Shown here piece by piece: positions 12,230-24,112 of a stretch of DNA of 64,000 nucleotides. Every line of letters begins with the position of its first letter. Within the stretch, counting starts at the first letter, position 1. Source of the DNA: the human T2T-CHM13v2.0 reference genome, Homo sapiens; the NCBI RefSeq assembly GCF_009914755.1, contig NC_060930.1; one strand, given 5' to 3'. Made by a program: the position numbers and the translations under genes. Below the pieces are notes generated by a model. The model was not told the DNA's origin, ran no database searches, and saw only the letters and a list, made by a program, of their open reading frames with translations.

Positions 12230-14038
12230 TGAATAATTCTTCAATAAATATATTGGAAAAGTTTTTGGAGATATGCATCAATTTGAAAAAAATTGTGGAT
12301 GAAACTCATATCCTAGAAATGTTAAAAAAAAGAAAAAGATATGTTACGAATGCATAGAATATATGTAGATTCTAGTCTATTTTATCATTCACTACTATTG
12401 AATATACACAAGTCTATTACAAAACCTTAACAACTATCAAAACTTATGCACATGAATACTTACAGACTGTACATGGCACCATTCCCAGTCTAGAGAAATG
12501 TCAACAAGTGTAGAGATGCAATATTAAATTAAAACTGCATAAAATTAACTATATTACATACTGAACTACTTCAAAAATTTTGTAGCCACCTCCTATTGCA
12601 AGTGGATGCTGATTATCTCTATGTGAGCAGTCCATCTCTCCAGTACAGTAAAAAGTGATCTTTTATGGTTCTTACATATTTTTATCATGTTTAGTGCTAT
12701 ATGGTAATCCTTGAATAATGCTATAAGACCATAAAAATTGCCACTACCAATGCTGGAAATGCTCTCAAGAAAATGCAGAGACAAATCATGGTATTCCAAG
12801 AAAGTTGAACTGCTTGATGTGTAACATAGCTTTAGGTCTACAGCTGCAGTTATGCAAATTTTAAGATAAATGAATCCTGAGGAAGGACCATTGTGAACAA
12901 AGAAAAAGGAAATTCATGAAGCCAAAGCTGCATCCACACAAGAAGGCACAAAACCTTGCGCTTCTAGTGAAATATCTTTTTATCTTGTATTAAAAATGCA
13001 ACTTTTATGTAGGTGCAGGATTGCTATAAGTAAAGCATACCTATAGATTCTAATATGATTTGAGAAAAAGCAAAAAGAAGGTGAAAGATCTAATGGTGGA
13101 AAATGTAATGGGTGTAAAAGATAGTTAATAATTTTAAAAATAGATTTGGATTAAAAATATTTCAAGATAGCAGAAGAATCAGCTTCTGCCAAGCAAGAGA
13201 CAGCAGACAAGTTCCCAGATGTTGATAAGAAAATCATTGAGGAAATAGGGTGTCTGCTTGAAGAAATTTTTAATGTAGCTTAAAGTGCCCTATCTTGGAG
13301 TAAAAAATGTCACAAATGGCATTTATCAGTCTAGAAGAGAAGCAATCACCAGGCTTTAAAGAAGGAAAAGACAGGCTAACTCGACTGTTTATGCAAATGC
13401 AGATGGGTTTATGATCAGGACTTCCCTTATGTATAAGCTTCTAACCCCTAAGTCTTGAAGGGAAAAGATAAACACTAGATTAGAATCACTAATCCCACCA
13501 GTTAGAACTTGAGTTCCCTAAAGTTGCCAGTCTTTTGGTTGTACAACAAGAAGGCCTGGACAATGAAAACCTTTTTTTCTGAATTGGTTCTATCAGTGCC
13601 TTATCCCTGAAGTCAAGTAGTGCCTTGCCAGTAAGAGGCTGCCTTTTAAAATTATTTTAATATTGCCCAATGCTCCTAGACCCCCAGCACTCCGTGAGTT
13701 CAACATTAAAGGTGTTGATGCAATCTACTTGTCCTCAAACACAACATCTCCAATTCAGCCTCTAGATCAGGAGGAATGAGGACCTTTAAGGCTCATTACA
13801 CACAGTACTCTTACAGAAAGTATTATCAACACTATAGAAGAGAACGTCAATAGAGAACAGTGTGAAAGTCTAGAAAAATTATACCATTGAAGGTGCTACG
13901 ATTATTATAGAAAAAAGCTTTGAAACACATCAAGACCAAAACAATAAATAATTTCTATTGGAGAAAACCGTGTCCTGATGTTGTACATGGCATTGCAGGA
14001 TTTGTGACAGAGCCAATCAAGTATATTATACAAGAGTC
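12230..14038 (+). mobile_element. Tigger2 (pogo/Tc1-mariner DNA transposon), 5' and internal part
   Basis: tcaataaatatattggaaaa...ttggagat 5' motif followed by a decayed transposase; the right end is found at 17461-17548. Confidence 0.9.
12715..14038 (+). pseudogene. Decayed Tigger2 transposase (CENP-B HTH plus DDE domains), with frameshifts and stops
   Basis: Recognisable pogo motifs (KAGKDRLT-like aaagaaggaaaagacaggctaac, NKKAW aacaagaaggcctgg, QPLDQ cagcctctagatcag); no intact ORF. Confidence 0.82.
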
Positions 14039-14044
14039 TGTGGA

Positions 14045-17000
14045 GTAGATGGATCAAGATGGTGGAATAGAAGGCTTCACCAATAGTTCTCCCTGCAAGG
14101 GCAACAATGTAACAAAAATCTATACACGATAAAGTACCTTCATAAGAACCAAGAATCAGGTGAGCACTCACAGTATGTATATGACTGAAAGAGGCATAGA
14201 AGAGGTAGAAAAAACAGTGTTGAATTCCTGATCCCACCTTTTACCCACTGGCAGTAGCTGCATGGTGCAGAGAGCATCTCTAGGTGCTGGGGCAGGGAGA
14301 CTGCAGCAGTTGTGAGGCATTGAACTCAGTGCTGTCCTGTTATAACAGAAAGCAAAATCAACTCAAACTCAACTAATGCCTACCCACAGAGGGAGCATTT
14401 AAACCAGCCTTAGCCATGGGAGAATCACTAATCCCACCAGTCAGAACTTGAGTTTCCACAAGCCTCGCTACTGTGGGCTACGGTGCCCTGGGGCTCTAAA
14501 TAAACTTGTAAGGCAGTCTAGGCCACAAGGACTGTAACCCCTAGATAAATCTTACTACTGAACTCAGCCCAGAGCCAGGAGACTGTGGGGACACACAATC
14601 TACTGAGACACCAACTGGGATGCCTAAGGGAGTGCAGGCATCACCCTCTGCTAACCCAAGGACGCACAGCTTGCAGCTCAACAAGAGATCCCTAATTCTA
14701 CTTGAGAAGAGGAGAGGAAAGAGTAGGGAGAACTTTGTCTTGCATCCAGGATAAGAGCTCAATCACAGCAGGATAGGACACTTGTCAGAGCCACAAGACC
14801 CCTTTTCCAGGCCCTAGCTCCCTGGTCCAGAAGGGAACGTGCTTCCTTAAAGGGAAGGGCCCAGTGTTGAAAGCATTAGCCAACTGCTAAATGAAGAGCC
14901 CTTAAGCCCTGAATAACCAGCAGCAATACCCAGTTGAAGACTTTGGGTGAGACTCTGAGATTTGCTGGCTTCAGGTGAGACTCAGCACATTCCTGGCTGT
15001 AGTGGCTATGAGTTGAGACTCTTTCTTCCTGAGAAAAGCAAAGGAAAATGTAAAGGGGACTTTGGTTTGCACAGAGTACCAGCTCAGCCATACAGAATTA
15101 GAGTGTCAAGCAGGCTCTTGGGGGTGCCCTGATTCCAGGACTTGGTTCTTGGACACCATTTCTGAACCTGCCCTTGCTCAGAGGGGAGCCCACCGCACTG
15201 AAAGGTGAGTTCCAGGTCAGGGAGTATTCATCACAAGATGACTAAAGAGCCCTTGGGCCTTCAGGGAACATCAACAGTCATCTGTAAGTACTTCCCTAGG
15301 GCCGTAGTGGAAGTGGTCTCAGGGAGAGGCTCTTCTGCCTTTGGAAAGGGGAGGGAAGGGTGAAAAGGACTGCATATTGTGGCTTGAGTGTCAGTTCAGC
15401 TGCAATACAACAAAATGCCAAGTAGACTTCTAAGGTTTTGATGTTAGTCTCTGGCTCCTGTGGCACCTCTGGACCTGCTGGGGTCCTGGGGAAACTCACT
15501 GTCCTGAAGAGAAGTACAAAGGCCTGACTGGCTTTGCCACGTGATGACTGTAGAGCCCCAGAGCCTTGAGTGAACATAGGCAGTACCAAGGAGTGGTTAC
15601 GGCAAGCTTTGGGCAAGATCCAGTGCTGTGCTGGCTTCAGGTCTGAACAAGTGCTATCATAGTAGTGGTGGCTACAGGGCCACTTGTGTCACTCCCCCTC
15701 CAGCTTCAGGTAGATCAGAACAGAGGGAGAGACATCATTTGTTTGGGAGAAAGAAAGGGAAGAGAACAAGAGTCTCTGCCTGGTAATCCAGAAGACTTTC
15801 TCAGATCTTGTCCAAGAACATTAAGGCAGTACCTCTATGGGTCTGCAAGAACCAAAGCAATCCTGCACTTGGGGTATCCCCTAAACCAGGTATAGCTTAA
15901 ATCACAACACCCAAGTCCTTTTGAATATTTGGAAAACCTTCCAAGAAGGACGGGTACAAAAAAAGCTCAGACTGCAAAGACTACCATAAATACATAACTC
16001 TTCAAGGCCCAGACACAGATGAAAATCTGTAAGTATCAAGATAATCTAGGAAAACATGACCTCAAATAAGGACCTCATATAAGGAATTCATGATCTAAAT
16101 AAGGCACTTGAAGCCAGTCCTGAAGAAACAGAGATATATGACCTTTCAGACAGAGAATTCAGAGAATTCAAAACAGCTGTTTTGTGGAAACTCAAAAAAA
16201 AATTCAAGAGAACATAGAGAAGGAGTTTAGAATTCTATCAAATACATTTAACAAATAAATGAATATAATTAAAAAGAATCAAGCAGAAATTATGGAACTT
16301 AAAATGAAATTGGGATACTGTAAAATTGGGATACTGTAAAAGTATTTTACTAGCAGAATTGACTAAGCAGAAGAAAAAATAGTGAGCTGGAAGACAGGCT
16401 ATTTGAAAATACACAGTCAGAGGAGAGAAAATAAAAAAAAAAAAAAACCATAAAAAGCAGTGAGGCATGCCTACAGGATCGAGAAAATAGCCGCAAAGGG
16501 ACAAATCTAGGAGTTATTGGCCCTAAAGAGAAGGCAGAGAAATAGACAGTGGTAGAAAGTTTATTCAAAGGGATAATAACAGAGAACATTCCAAGCCTAG
16601 AGAAAGACATCAATATCCAAGTACAAGAAGGTTATAGAACAATAAGCAAATTTAACTCAAAGAAGACTACCTCAAGGCATTTAATATTCAAACTCCCAAA
16701 GATCAATGACAAAGAAAGGATCCTAAAAACAAGAGAAAAGAAAAAAATAACATACAATGGAGCTTGAATACATCTGGCAGTAGACTTTCCAGTGGGTACC
16801 ATACAGGCTAGAGGAGAATGGCATGACATGTTTAAAGCGCTGAAGAAAAAAATTACTTTGGAATAATGTATTTGGGAAAAATATGTTTCAATCATGAAGG
16901 GGAAATAAAGACTTTCCCAGACAAACAAAAGTTGAGGGATTTTATCAACACCAGATGAGTCCTACAAGAAATGCTAAAGGGAGTACTTTACACAGAAAGA

Positions 17001-17440
17001 AAAGAGTGTTAATGAGCAAAAAGTTATCACTTGAAGGTACAAAACTCACCGATAATAGTAAATACACACAAAAAAACACAGAATATTATAACACTGTACT
17101 GTAGTACAAAAACTACTCTTACCATAAGTAGAAAGGCTAAATAATGAATCAATCAAAAATAATATATACAACAACTTTCTAAGACATAGAGGGTACAATA
17201 AGCTATAAATATAAACAACAAGGAGTTAAAAATTTGGGAAGTAAACTTAAGAAGTAGAGTTTTTATTAGTTTTCTATTTGCTTGTTTGTTTATACACACA
17301 ATGTTAAGTTGTTATCGGCTTAAAATAATGGGTTATAAGACAGTATTTGCAAGCCTATGGTAACCTCAAACCAAAAAACATACAATGGATACATAAAAAA
17401 AAAGCAAGAAACTATATCATATTTTTGGAGAAAATTATAT
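14045..17440 (+). mobile_element. L1M1/L1MA1-3-type 5'UTR plus ORF1 plus inter-ORF; ORF2 and the 3' end are missing
   Basis: caagatggtggaatagaaggcttcacc start; GC-richer 5'UTR; ORF1p-like peptide at 16549-16767 (NIPSLEKDINIQVQEGYRT...RHLIFKLPKINDKERILK). Confidence 0.9.
16010..17020 (+). pseudogene. Decayed L1 ORF1p
   Basis: ORF1p RRM/CTD-like translated fragments interrupted by stops and frameshifts. Confidence 0.8.
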
Positions 17441-17460
17441 ATACTAAAATTATATATAAC

Positions 17461-17548
17461 TTTTGAGGAGTTCAAAAGTTATATATGAATTTTCAACTAT
17501 GTGAAGGGACATGCTCCTAACCTCTATGTTGTTCAAAGGCCAACTGTA
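17461..17548 (+). mobile_element. Tigger2 3' terminus with terminal inverted repeat
   Basis: ...caaaagttata...gttgttcaaaggccaactg followed by TA. Confidence 0.85.
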
Positions 17549-19029
17549 TGGTTAATTCCCCCAGATCATCCAGAATAGAAGTTATGCCCAAGTTCCAACA
17601 ACTTTTGCTAAATGACTAGCACCAATAGTGATACATAGTAGATGCTTCAAAAATATGTTTATCTACCCTCCATTTCTTATTCCTTTGCCAATATCTAGCA
17701 AAATTAAAAGTATTTTAAAATGTTATAAGATTATAAAGAACATTATTTATTTGAAAAAAACAAATTAATTAAAGAATATTACAAATGCCTGAGCTGGAAA
17801 AAGACCAAAGGAATAACATAGGTTTGTTTGTTCGTTTGTATTTTTGAAAAAGTGAATACATTCTAGTTGGGGTAAAACCCTTACTTCAATTTGACAAAAT
17901 AAAACCTGTGTACAGTATAAAAAAGTAGGATCTTTCTGATTGCATTCATATCTTTTCTGTGGTAGAATTTTATCCCAGAAATAGTGGGAAATCACAAAGA
18001 CACTCCACTACCAATTATTTTCAACAGAATTACAGCAGTAATAAATAGAAGCTGGCAGAGAGGGTTTCTTTCCTCTTAATAGTGATTAGATAAGCAGATT
18101 ATCTAAATAATTCCATTATAAATAAATCTGAATCATATCAAGATAAGAAAATTCAAAACAATAATATAAACTCTCTCTTCATATATTAGTGAGTTTTGTC
18201 CTTTCTTGCATAAATGTAAGACAAAGTCACAGTCGACTTGAAATGGTAATTTTCTTTTTCATCTCTCAATGTCATACGTTGTAAGCATTCCTAAATGACA
18301 TTTAAACCTGACTCAGTCATCTAAACAATAAAACCTATTTATGTTCTGCTCAGTTAGTAACTATATCACTTTTGTAGAAAGAAAACAAAAAACAATTTCA
18401 CAATGTATTAGGACTTTTAAAATAACCAGTATTTACACATCTGTATTTATCTTCTTATTGCAATATCATTTTGTTTATTATCATTCCAAAACCTTCATGC
18501 TTACAAAAATGTATGGAGAATGCAAGAAAATTATTGATTTACACTAACACTTATTTTCAGGTTGGTACTAGAATATTAAATTTTCTTTTTTAATTACAGA
18601 AGATAAAGTAAATTTACCTTTTTCCTTAGATGTATCTTTGCAATAAAACCAAGCAATTGGTTGATGAAATTTAATATGACTATTTTTTGAGGCAACCTAA
18701 TTTTAAGTTTTACAAATGATTGATCAGTAACTTTTACATAACCAGCAGCTGGGGTTCACCCCTTAGTAAGCCTTCAGGAATGATATGAGATTGACTTCCA
18801 AAAGCAACTCTATAAGACCATTCCTTCTGCACAATTATGAGTAATATGTTACTAGGAAGAGTATGGCAATTTTATCTCTCCCATTTAGACCTCAAATTTG
18901 ATGTTATACTTTCAGACATTTACCTTTTCAATCTTTTCACATGTTTATCTAAGAAATATAGCTTAACCCACATAGACATTTATTTTTATTTCTTTTCCTT
19001 CTGCTGCATACATGCATGAGAATGTTTTG

Positions 19030-19100
19030 GAGACTGGAGGCTCATGCCTGTAGTCTCTGCTATGTGGGAGACTGAGATAGGAGGATTGATTGAGCCCAGG
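19030..19100 (+). mobile_element. AluJ/FLAM fragment
   Basis: ggctcatgcctgtagtc...gggagactgag...gattgattgagcccagg. Confidence 0.7.
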
Positions 19101-19502
19101 GTAACGGAGAGAGGTTGAAACAGTTTGCAGGGCTAAGAAGAAGACAGGAAGATGTGGGAAAGTTTAGAACATCCTAGGGACTTGTAAATTGGTTTTGACA
19201 AAAATGCTGATAGTAATATGGATAATGAAGTCCAGACTGAGGTGCTCTCAGATGGAGATGAGGAACTTCTTGGGAACTGGAAACTGGAGCAAAGGTAACT
19301 CTTACTATGCTTTAGCATAGAAACTGATGACATTTTTCTCCTGCCCTAGAGATCTCCTGCATTTTGAGCTTGAGAGAGATTACTTAGGGTATCTGACAAA
19401 AGAAAGTTTTAAGCAATAAATTTGTCAAGATGTGACCTTGGTGCTCTTAAAGGGTTTCAGTTTTATGCATTCACAAAGAGATATTTTGGATTTGGAACTT
19501 TT

Positions 19503-21725
19503 TAAAAGTATACTTTAAGTTCTGGGATACATGTGCAGAACATGCAGGTTTGTTACATAGGTATACACGTGGCATGGTGGTTTGCTGCACCCATCAACCC
19601 ATCATCTACATTAGGTATTTCTCCTAATGCTATCCTTCCCCTAGCCCCCCATCCCTCAACAGGCCCTGGTGTGTGATGTTCCCCTCCCTGTATCTATGTG
19701 TTCTCACTGTTCAACTCCCACTTGTGTGAGAAGATGCAGTGTTTGGTTTTCTGTTCCTGTGTTAGTTTGCTGAGAATGAAAGTTTCCAGCTTCATCTGTG
19801 TCCCTGCAAAAGACATCATAACTCATCCTTCTTTTATGGTTGCATAGTATTCCATAGTGTATATGCGCCACATTTTCTTTATCCAGTCTATTACTGATGG
19901 GCATTTGGGTTGGTTCCAAGTCTTTGCTATTGTGAATAGTGCTGCAGTAAACATATGTGAGCATAGGTCTTTAGAGTAGAATGATTTATAATCCTTTGGG
20001 TATATACCCAGTAATAAGATTGCTGGGTCAAATGGTATTTCTGGTTCTAGATCCTTGAGGAATTTCCACACTGTCTTCCACAATGGTTGGACTAATTTAC
20101 ACTCGCACCAACAGTGTAGAAATATTCCTATTTCTCCACGTCCTCTCCAGCATCTGTTGTCTCCTGACTTTTTAATGATTGTCATTCCAACTGGCATGAG
20201 ATGGTATCTCATTGTGGTTTTGATTTACATTTCTCTAATGACCAGTGATGATGAGCTTTTTTCATATGTTTGTTGGGCACATAAATATCTTCTTTTGAGA
20301 AGTGTCTGTTCATATCCTTTGCCCACTTTTTGATGGTTTTTTTTTTCTTCTAAATTTGTTTAAGTTCCTTGTTGATTCTGGATATTAGCCCTTTGTCAGA
20401 TTGATAGATTGCAAAAATTTTTCCTCATTCTGTAAGTTGCCTGTTCACTCTGATGATAGTTCCATTTGGTGTGCAGAAGCTCTTTTTTGTTGCCGTTGCT
20501 TTTGGTGTTTTAGTCATGAAGTCTTTACCCATGCCTATGCCCTGAATAGTATTGCCTAGGTTTTCTTATAGAGTTTTTATGGTTTTAGGTTTAAGTCTTT
20601 AATCCAACTTGATTTAATTTTTATTAGGTGTAAGGAAGGGGTCCAGTTTCAGTTTTCTCCATATGGCTAGCCAGTTTTCCCAACACTATTTATTAAATAG
20701 AAAATCCTTTTCCCATTGCTTGTTTTTATCATGTTTGTCAAAGATCAGATGGTTGTAGATGTGTGGCATTATTTCTGAGGCCTCTGTTCTGTTTCACTGG
20801 TCTATATATCTGTTTTGGTACCAGCGCAATCCTGTTTTGGTTACTGTAGACTTATAGTATAGTTTGAAGTCAGGTAGTGTGATGCCTCCAGCTTTGTTCT
20901 TTTTGCTTAGGATTGTCTTGGCTATACAGGCTCCTTTTTGGTTCCATATGAAATTTAAAGTAGTTTTTTCTAATTTTGTGAAGAAAGACAGTGGTAGCTT
21001 GATGGGGATAGCATTGAATCCATAAATTACTTTGGGCAGTATGGCCATTTTCACGATATTGATTCTTTCTATTCAGGAGCTTGGAATGTTTTTCCATTTG
21101 TTTGTGTCCTCTCTGGTTTCCTTGAGCAGTGGTTTGTAGATATCCTTGAAGAGGTCCTTCACATTCCTTGTAAGTTGTATTCCTAGGTATTTTATTCTCT
21201 TTGTAGCAATTGTGAGTGGGAGTTCACTCATAATTTGGCTCTCTGTTTGTCTATTATTGGTGTATAAGAATGCTTGTGATTTTCTCACATTGATTTTGCA
21301 TCCTGAGACTTTGCTGAAGTTGCTTATCAGCTTAAGGAGATTTGGGGCTGAGATGATGGGGTTTTCTAAATATACAATCATGTCATTTGAAAACAGAGAC
21401 AATTTGACTTCCTTTTTTCCTATTTGAATATGCTTTATTTCTTTCTCTTTCCTGATTGCCCTGGCCAGAACTTACAATACTAAGTTGAATAGGTGTGGTG
21501 AGAGAGGACATACTTGTCTTGTGAGGTTTTCAAAGGAATGCTTCCAGCTGAGATTTTGGCTGTGGGTGTATCATAAATAGCTCTTACTATTTTGAGATAC
21601 GTTCCATCAATACGTAGTTTATTGAGAATTTTTAGCATGAGGGTTGTTAAATTTTGTTGAAGGCCTTTTCTGCATCCATTGGGATAATCATGTGGTTTTG
21701 GCATTGGTTCTGTTTATGTGATGGA
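19503..21725 (-). mobile_element. L1PA7-like 3' segment (ORF2 RT/C-terminus plus 3'UTR)
   Basis: 3'UTR tatactttaagttctgggatacatgtgcagaac; minus-strand ORFs give ORF2p RT ([15 protein letters not shown]) and C-terminal (RCWRG...GIFLHCWCECKLVQPLWK) peptides. Confidence 0.95.
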
Positions 21726-22270
21726 AAGGGAATATCATCACTGATCTCACAGAAATACAAACTGCCATCAGAAAATACTATAAACATCTCCACACAAATA
21801 AACTAGAAAATCTAGAAGAAATGGACAAATTCCTGGACACATACACCCTCCCAAGACTAAACCAGGAAGAAGCTGAATCTCTGAAGAGACCAATAACAAG
21901 TTCTGAAATTGAGGCTGTAATTAATAGCCTACCAACCAAGAAAAGCCCAGGACAAGACATTTACAGCGGAATTCTACCACAGGTACAAAGAGGATCTGGT
22001 ACCCTTCCTTCTGAAACTATTCCAAGCAGCAGAAATAGAGGAACTTCTCCCTAACTCATTTTGTGAGGCCAGCATCATTATGATACCAAAACCTAGTAAG
22101 AGACATAATAAAAAAAGAAAATTTCATTCCAATATCTCTGATGAACATCACTGCTAAAATCTTCAATAAAATACTGGCAAACCAAATCTGGCAGCACATC
22201 AAAAAGCCTATCCACCACGATCAAGTCAACTTCAACCCTGGAATGCAAGGCTGGTTCAACATATGCAAAT
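21726..22270 (+). mobile_element. Inverted 5' segment of the same L1 (ORF2 Z-domain/RT start)
   Basis: Plus-strand ORF2p peptides [21 protein letters not shown] and [20 protein letters not shown]...GMQGWFNI. Confidence 0.93.
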
Positions 22271-23119
22271 TAAACTTATTTTTGAAAGGGAAGCAGAGCA
22301 TAAAAGTTTGGAAAATTTGCAGCCTATTGATGTGATAGAAAAGAAAAACCAATTTTCTGGAGAGAAATTCAAGCAGGGTGCAGAAATTTGCATAAGTAAT
22401 GAGTCAATTGTTAATCACCAAGACAATAGGGAAAATGTCTCCAGGGCATGTCAGAGGTCTTCATGGCAGCCCCTCCCACCACAGGCCTGGAGGCATAAAA
22501 GGAAAAAAAAAAAATCATTACCTGGACTCATCCCAGGGCCTTGCTGCTTTGTGCAATCTCGGGACTTGGTGATCTGCATGTCAGCTGTGGACAAAAAGGG
22601 ACAAACTTAAACTCAAACTGTTGTTTCAGCATGTGGAAGCCCTAAGCCTTTGCAGCTTGCATGTGGTAATGGGCCTGCAGGTGCACAGAAGTCAAGAATT
22701 GAGGTTTGGGAACTTTAGTTTTGATTTCAGGGGATGTAGGGAAATACCTGGATGTTGAGGCAGAAGTTTGCTGAAGGAGTGGAGCCCTCATGGAGAACTT
22801 CTGCTAGGGCAGTGTGAAAGGGAAATGTGGGGTTGGAGCCCCCACTGAGAGTTCCCACTGGGGCACTAGTAGAGCTGTGAGAAGAGGGCCACCATCCTCC
22901 AGGCCCCAGAAATGTAGATCCACCAACAGCTTGCACTGTGCACCTGGAAAAGCCAGAGACACTCAACACCAGCCTGCGATAGTTTATGTGAGGGGGGCTG
23001 TACCCTTAAAAATCACAGAGGCAGAGCTGCCCAAGGCTGTAGGATCCCACCTCTTGTATCAGTGTGACCTGGATGTGAGACATGTAGTCAAAGGAGATCA
23101 TTTCAAAACATTAAGATTT

Positions 23120-23415
23120 GGCCAAGCACAGTGGCTCATGCCTGTAATCACAGCACTTTGGAAGGCTGAGGTGGGCAGGTCACTTGAGGTCAGGAGTTTG
23201 AGACCAGCCTGGCCAACATGGTGGAACCACGTCTCTACTATAAATACAAAAATTCACCAGTCATGGTTGTAGGCATCTATAATCTCAGCTACATAGGAGC
23301 CTAAGGCAGAATAATCCCTTGAACCTGGGAGGCATAAGTTGCAGTGAGCCAAGATCATGCCATTACACTTCAGCCTTGGTGACAGAGCAAGACTCTTACC
23401 TCACCCCCAAAAAAG
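23120..23415 (+). mobile_element. AluS (Sz/Sx-like)
   Basis: Full dimer; TSD core TTAAGATTT at 23111-23119 and 23418-23426. Confidence 0.92.
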
Positions 23416-23730
23416 CTTTAAGATTTGACTGACTTGCTTAATTTTGGACTTCCACAGGGCCTGTAGGCCTTGCAGTTTGGCCAATTTCTCCCATTTGGAA
23501 TGGGTGTACTTAATCAATTCCTGTACCCTCATTGTATCCAGGAAAGAACTATCTTGTTTTTGATTTCACAGGCTCATAGACAGAAGGGATCTGCCTTATC
23601 TCAGATGAGACTTTGGACTTGGACATTTGGGTTAATGTTGGAATAAGTTAAGACTTTGGGGAACCATTGAAAAGGCATGATTGTGTTTTGAAATGTGAGG
23701 GCATGAGATTTGTGAGGGACTGGGGTGGAA

Positions 23731-24112
23731 TGATATGGTTTGGCTCTGTGTCCCCACTCAAATTTCACCTTGAATTGTAATTCCTGTATCCCCATAATCC
23801 CCATGTCAAGGAAGAGACCATGTGGAGGTAATTGAATCATAGGTATGGATTCCTCCATGCCATTTTTGTGATGGTGAGTGAGCTTTCACAAGATCTGATG
23901 ATTTATAAGTGTTTGACAGTTACTCCTGCAACTATCTCCTTCCTGCTGCCTTGTGAAGAAAGTCCCATGCTTCTCCTTTGCTTTCCTCCAAGATCGTATG
24001 TTTCTTGAGGCCTCCCCAGCTCTGCTGAACTAAGTCAATTAAACCTCTTTCCTTTATAAATTACCCCAGTCTTGGGCAGTTCTTTACAGCAGTGTGATAA
24101 AGGGCTAACACA
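23731..24112 (+). mobile_element. THE1D-type 3' LTR
   Basis: tgatatggtttggctctgtgtcccca...gtcaattaaacctctttcctttataaattacccc...aacaca, directly after THE1-int. Confidence 0.92.

Larger units (their letters stand above)
19100..23730 (+). mobile_element. THE1-int (MaLR internal region), interrupted by L1PA7 (19503-22270) and an Alu (23120-23415); 5' LTR absent
   Basis: gaagaagacaggaagatgtgggaaagttt, ctcagatggagatgaggaactt, gaagcagagcataaaagtttggaaaatttgcagcct; purine-rich run before the 3' LTR. Confidence 0.92.

Noticed and set aside
12715-14038. Possible domesticated TIGD/CENP-B-like gene
   Set aside because: It has multiple stops and frameshifts, an insertion, and is truncated by an L1; it is an ordinary Tigger2 fossil.
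19704-22335. ORFs with reverse-transcriptase-like and ORF2p peptides
   Set aside because: They are fragments of a truncated, frameshifted L1PA7, not a functional or novel RT system.
22263-23272. 115-aa and 152-aa ORFs
   Set aside because: They are THE1-int remnants reading into an Alu, with no evidence of a domesticated gene.
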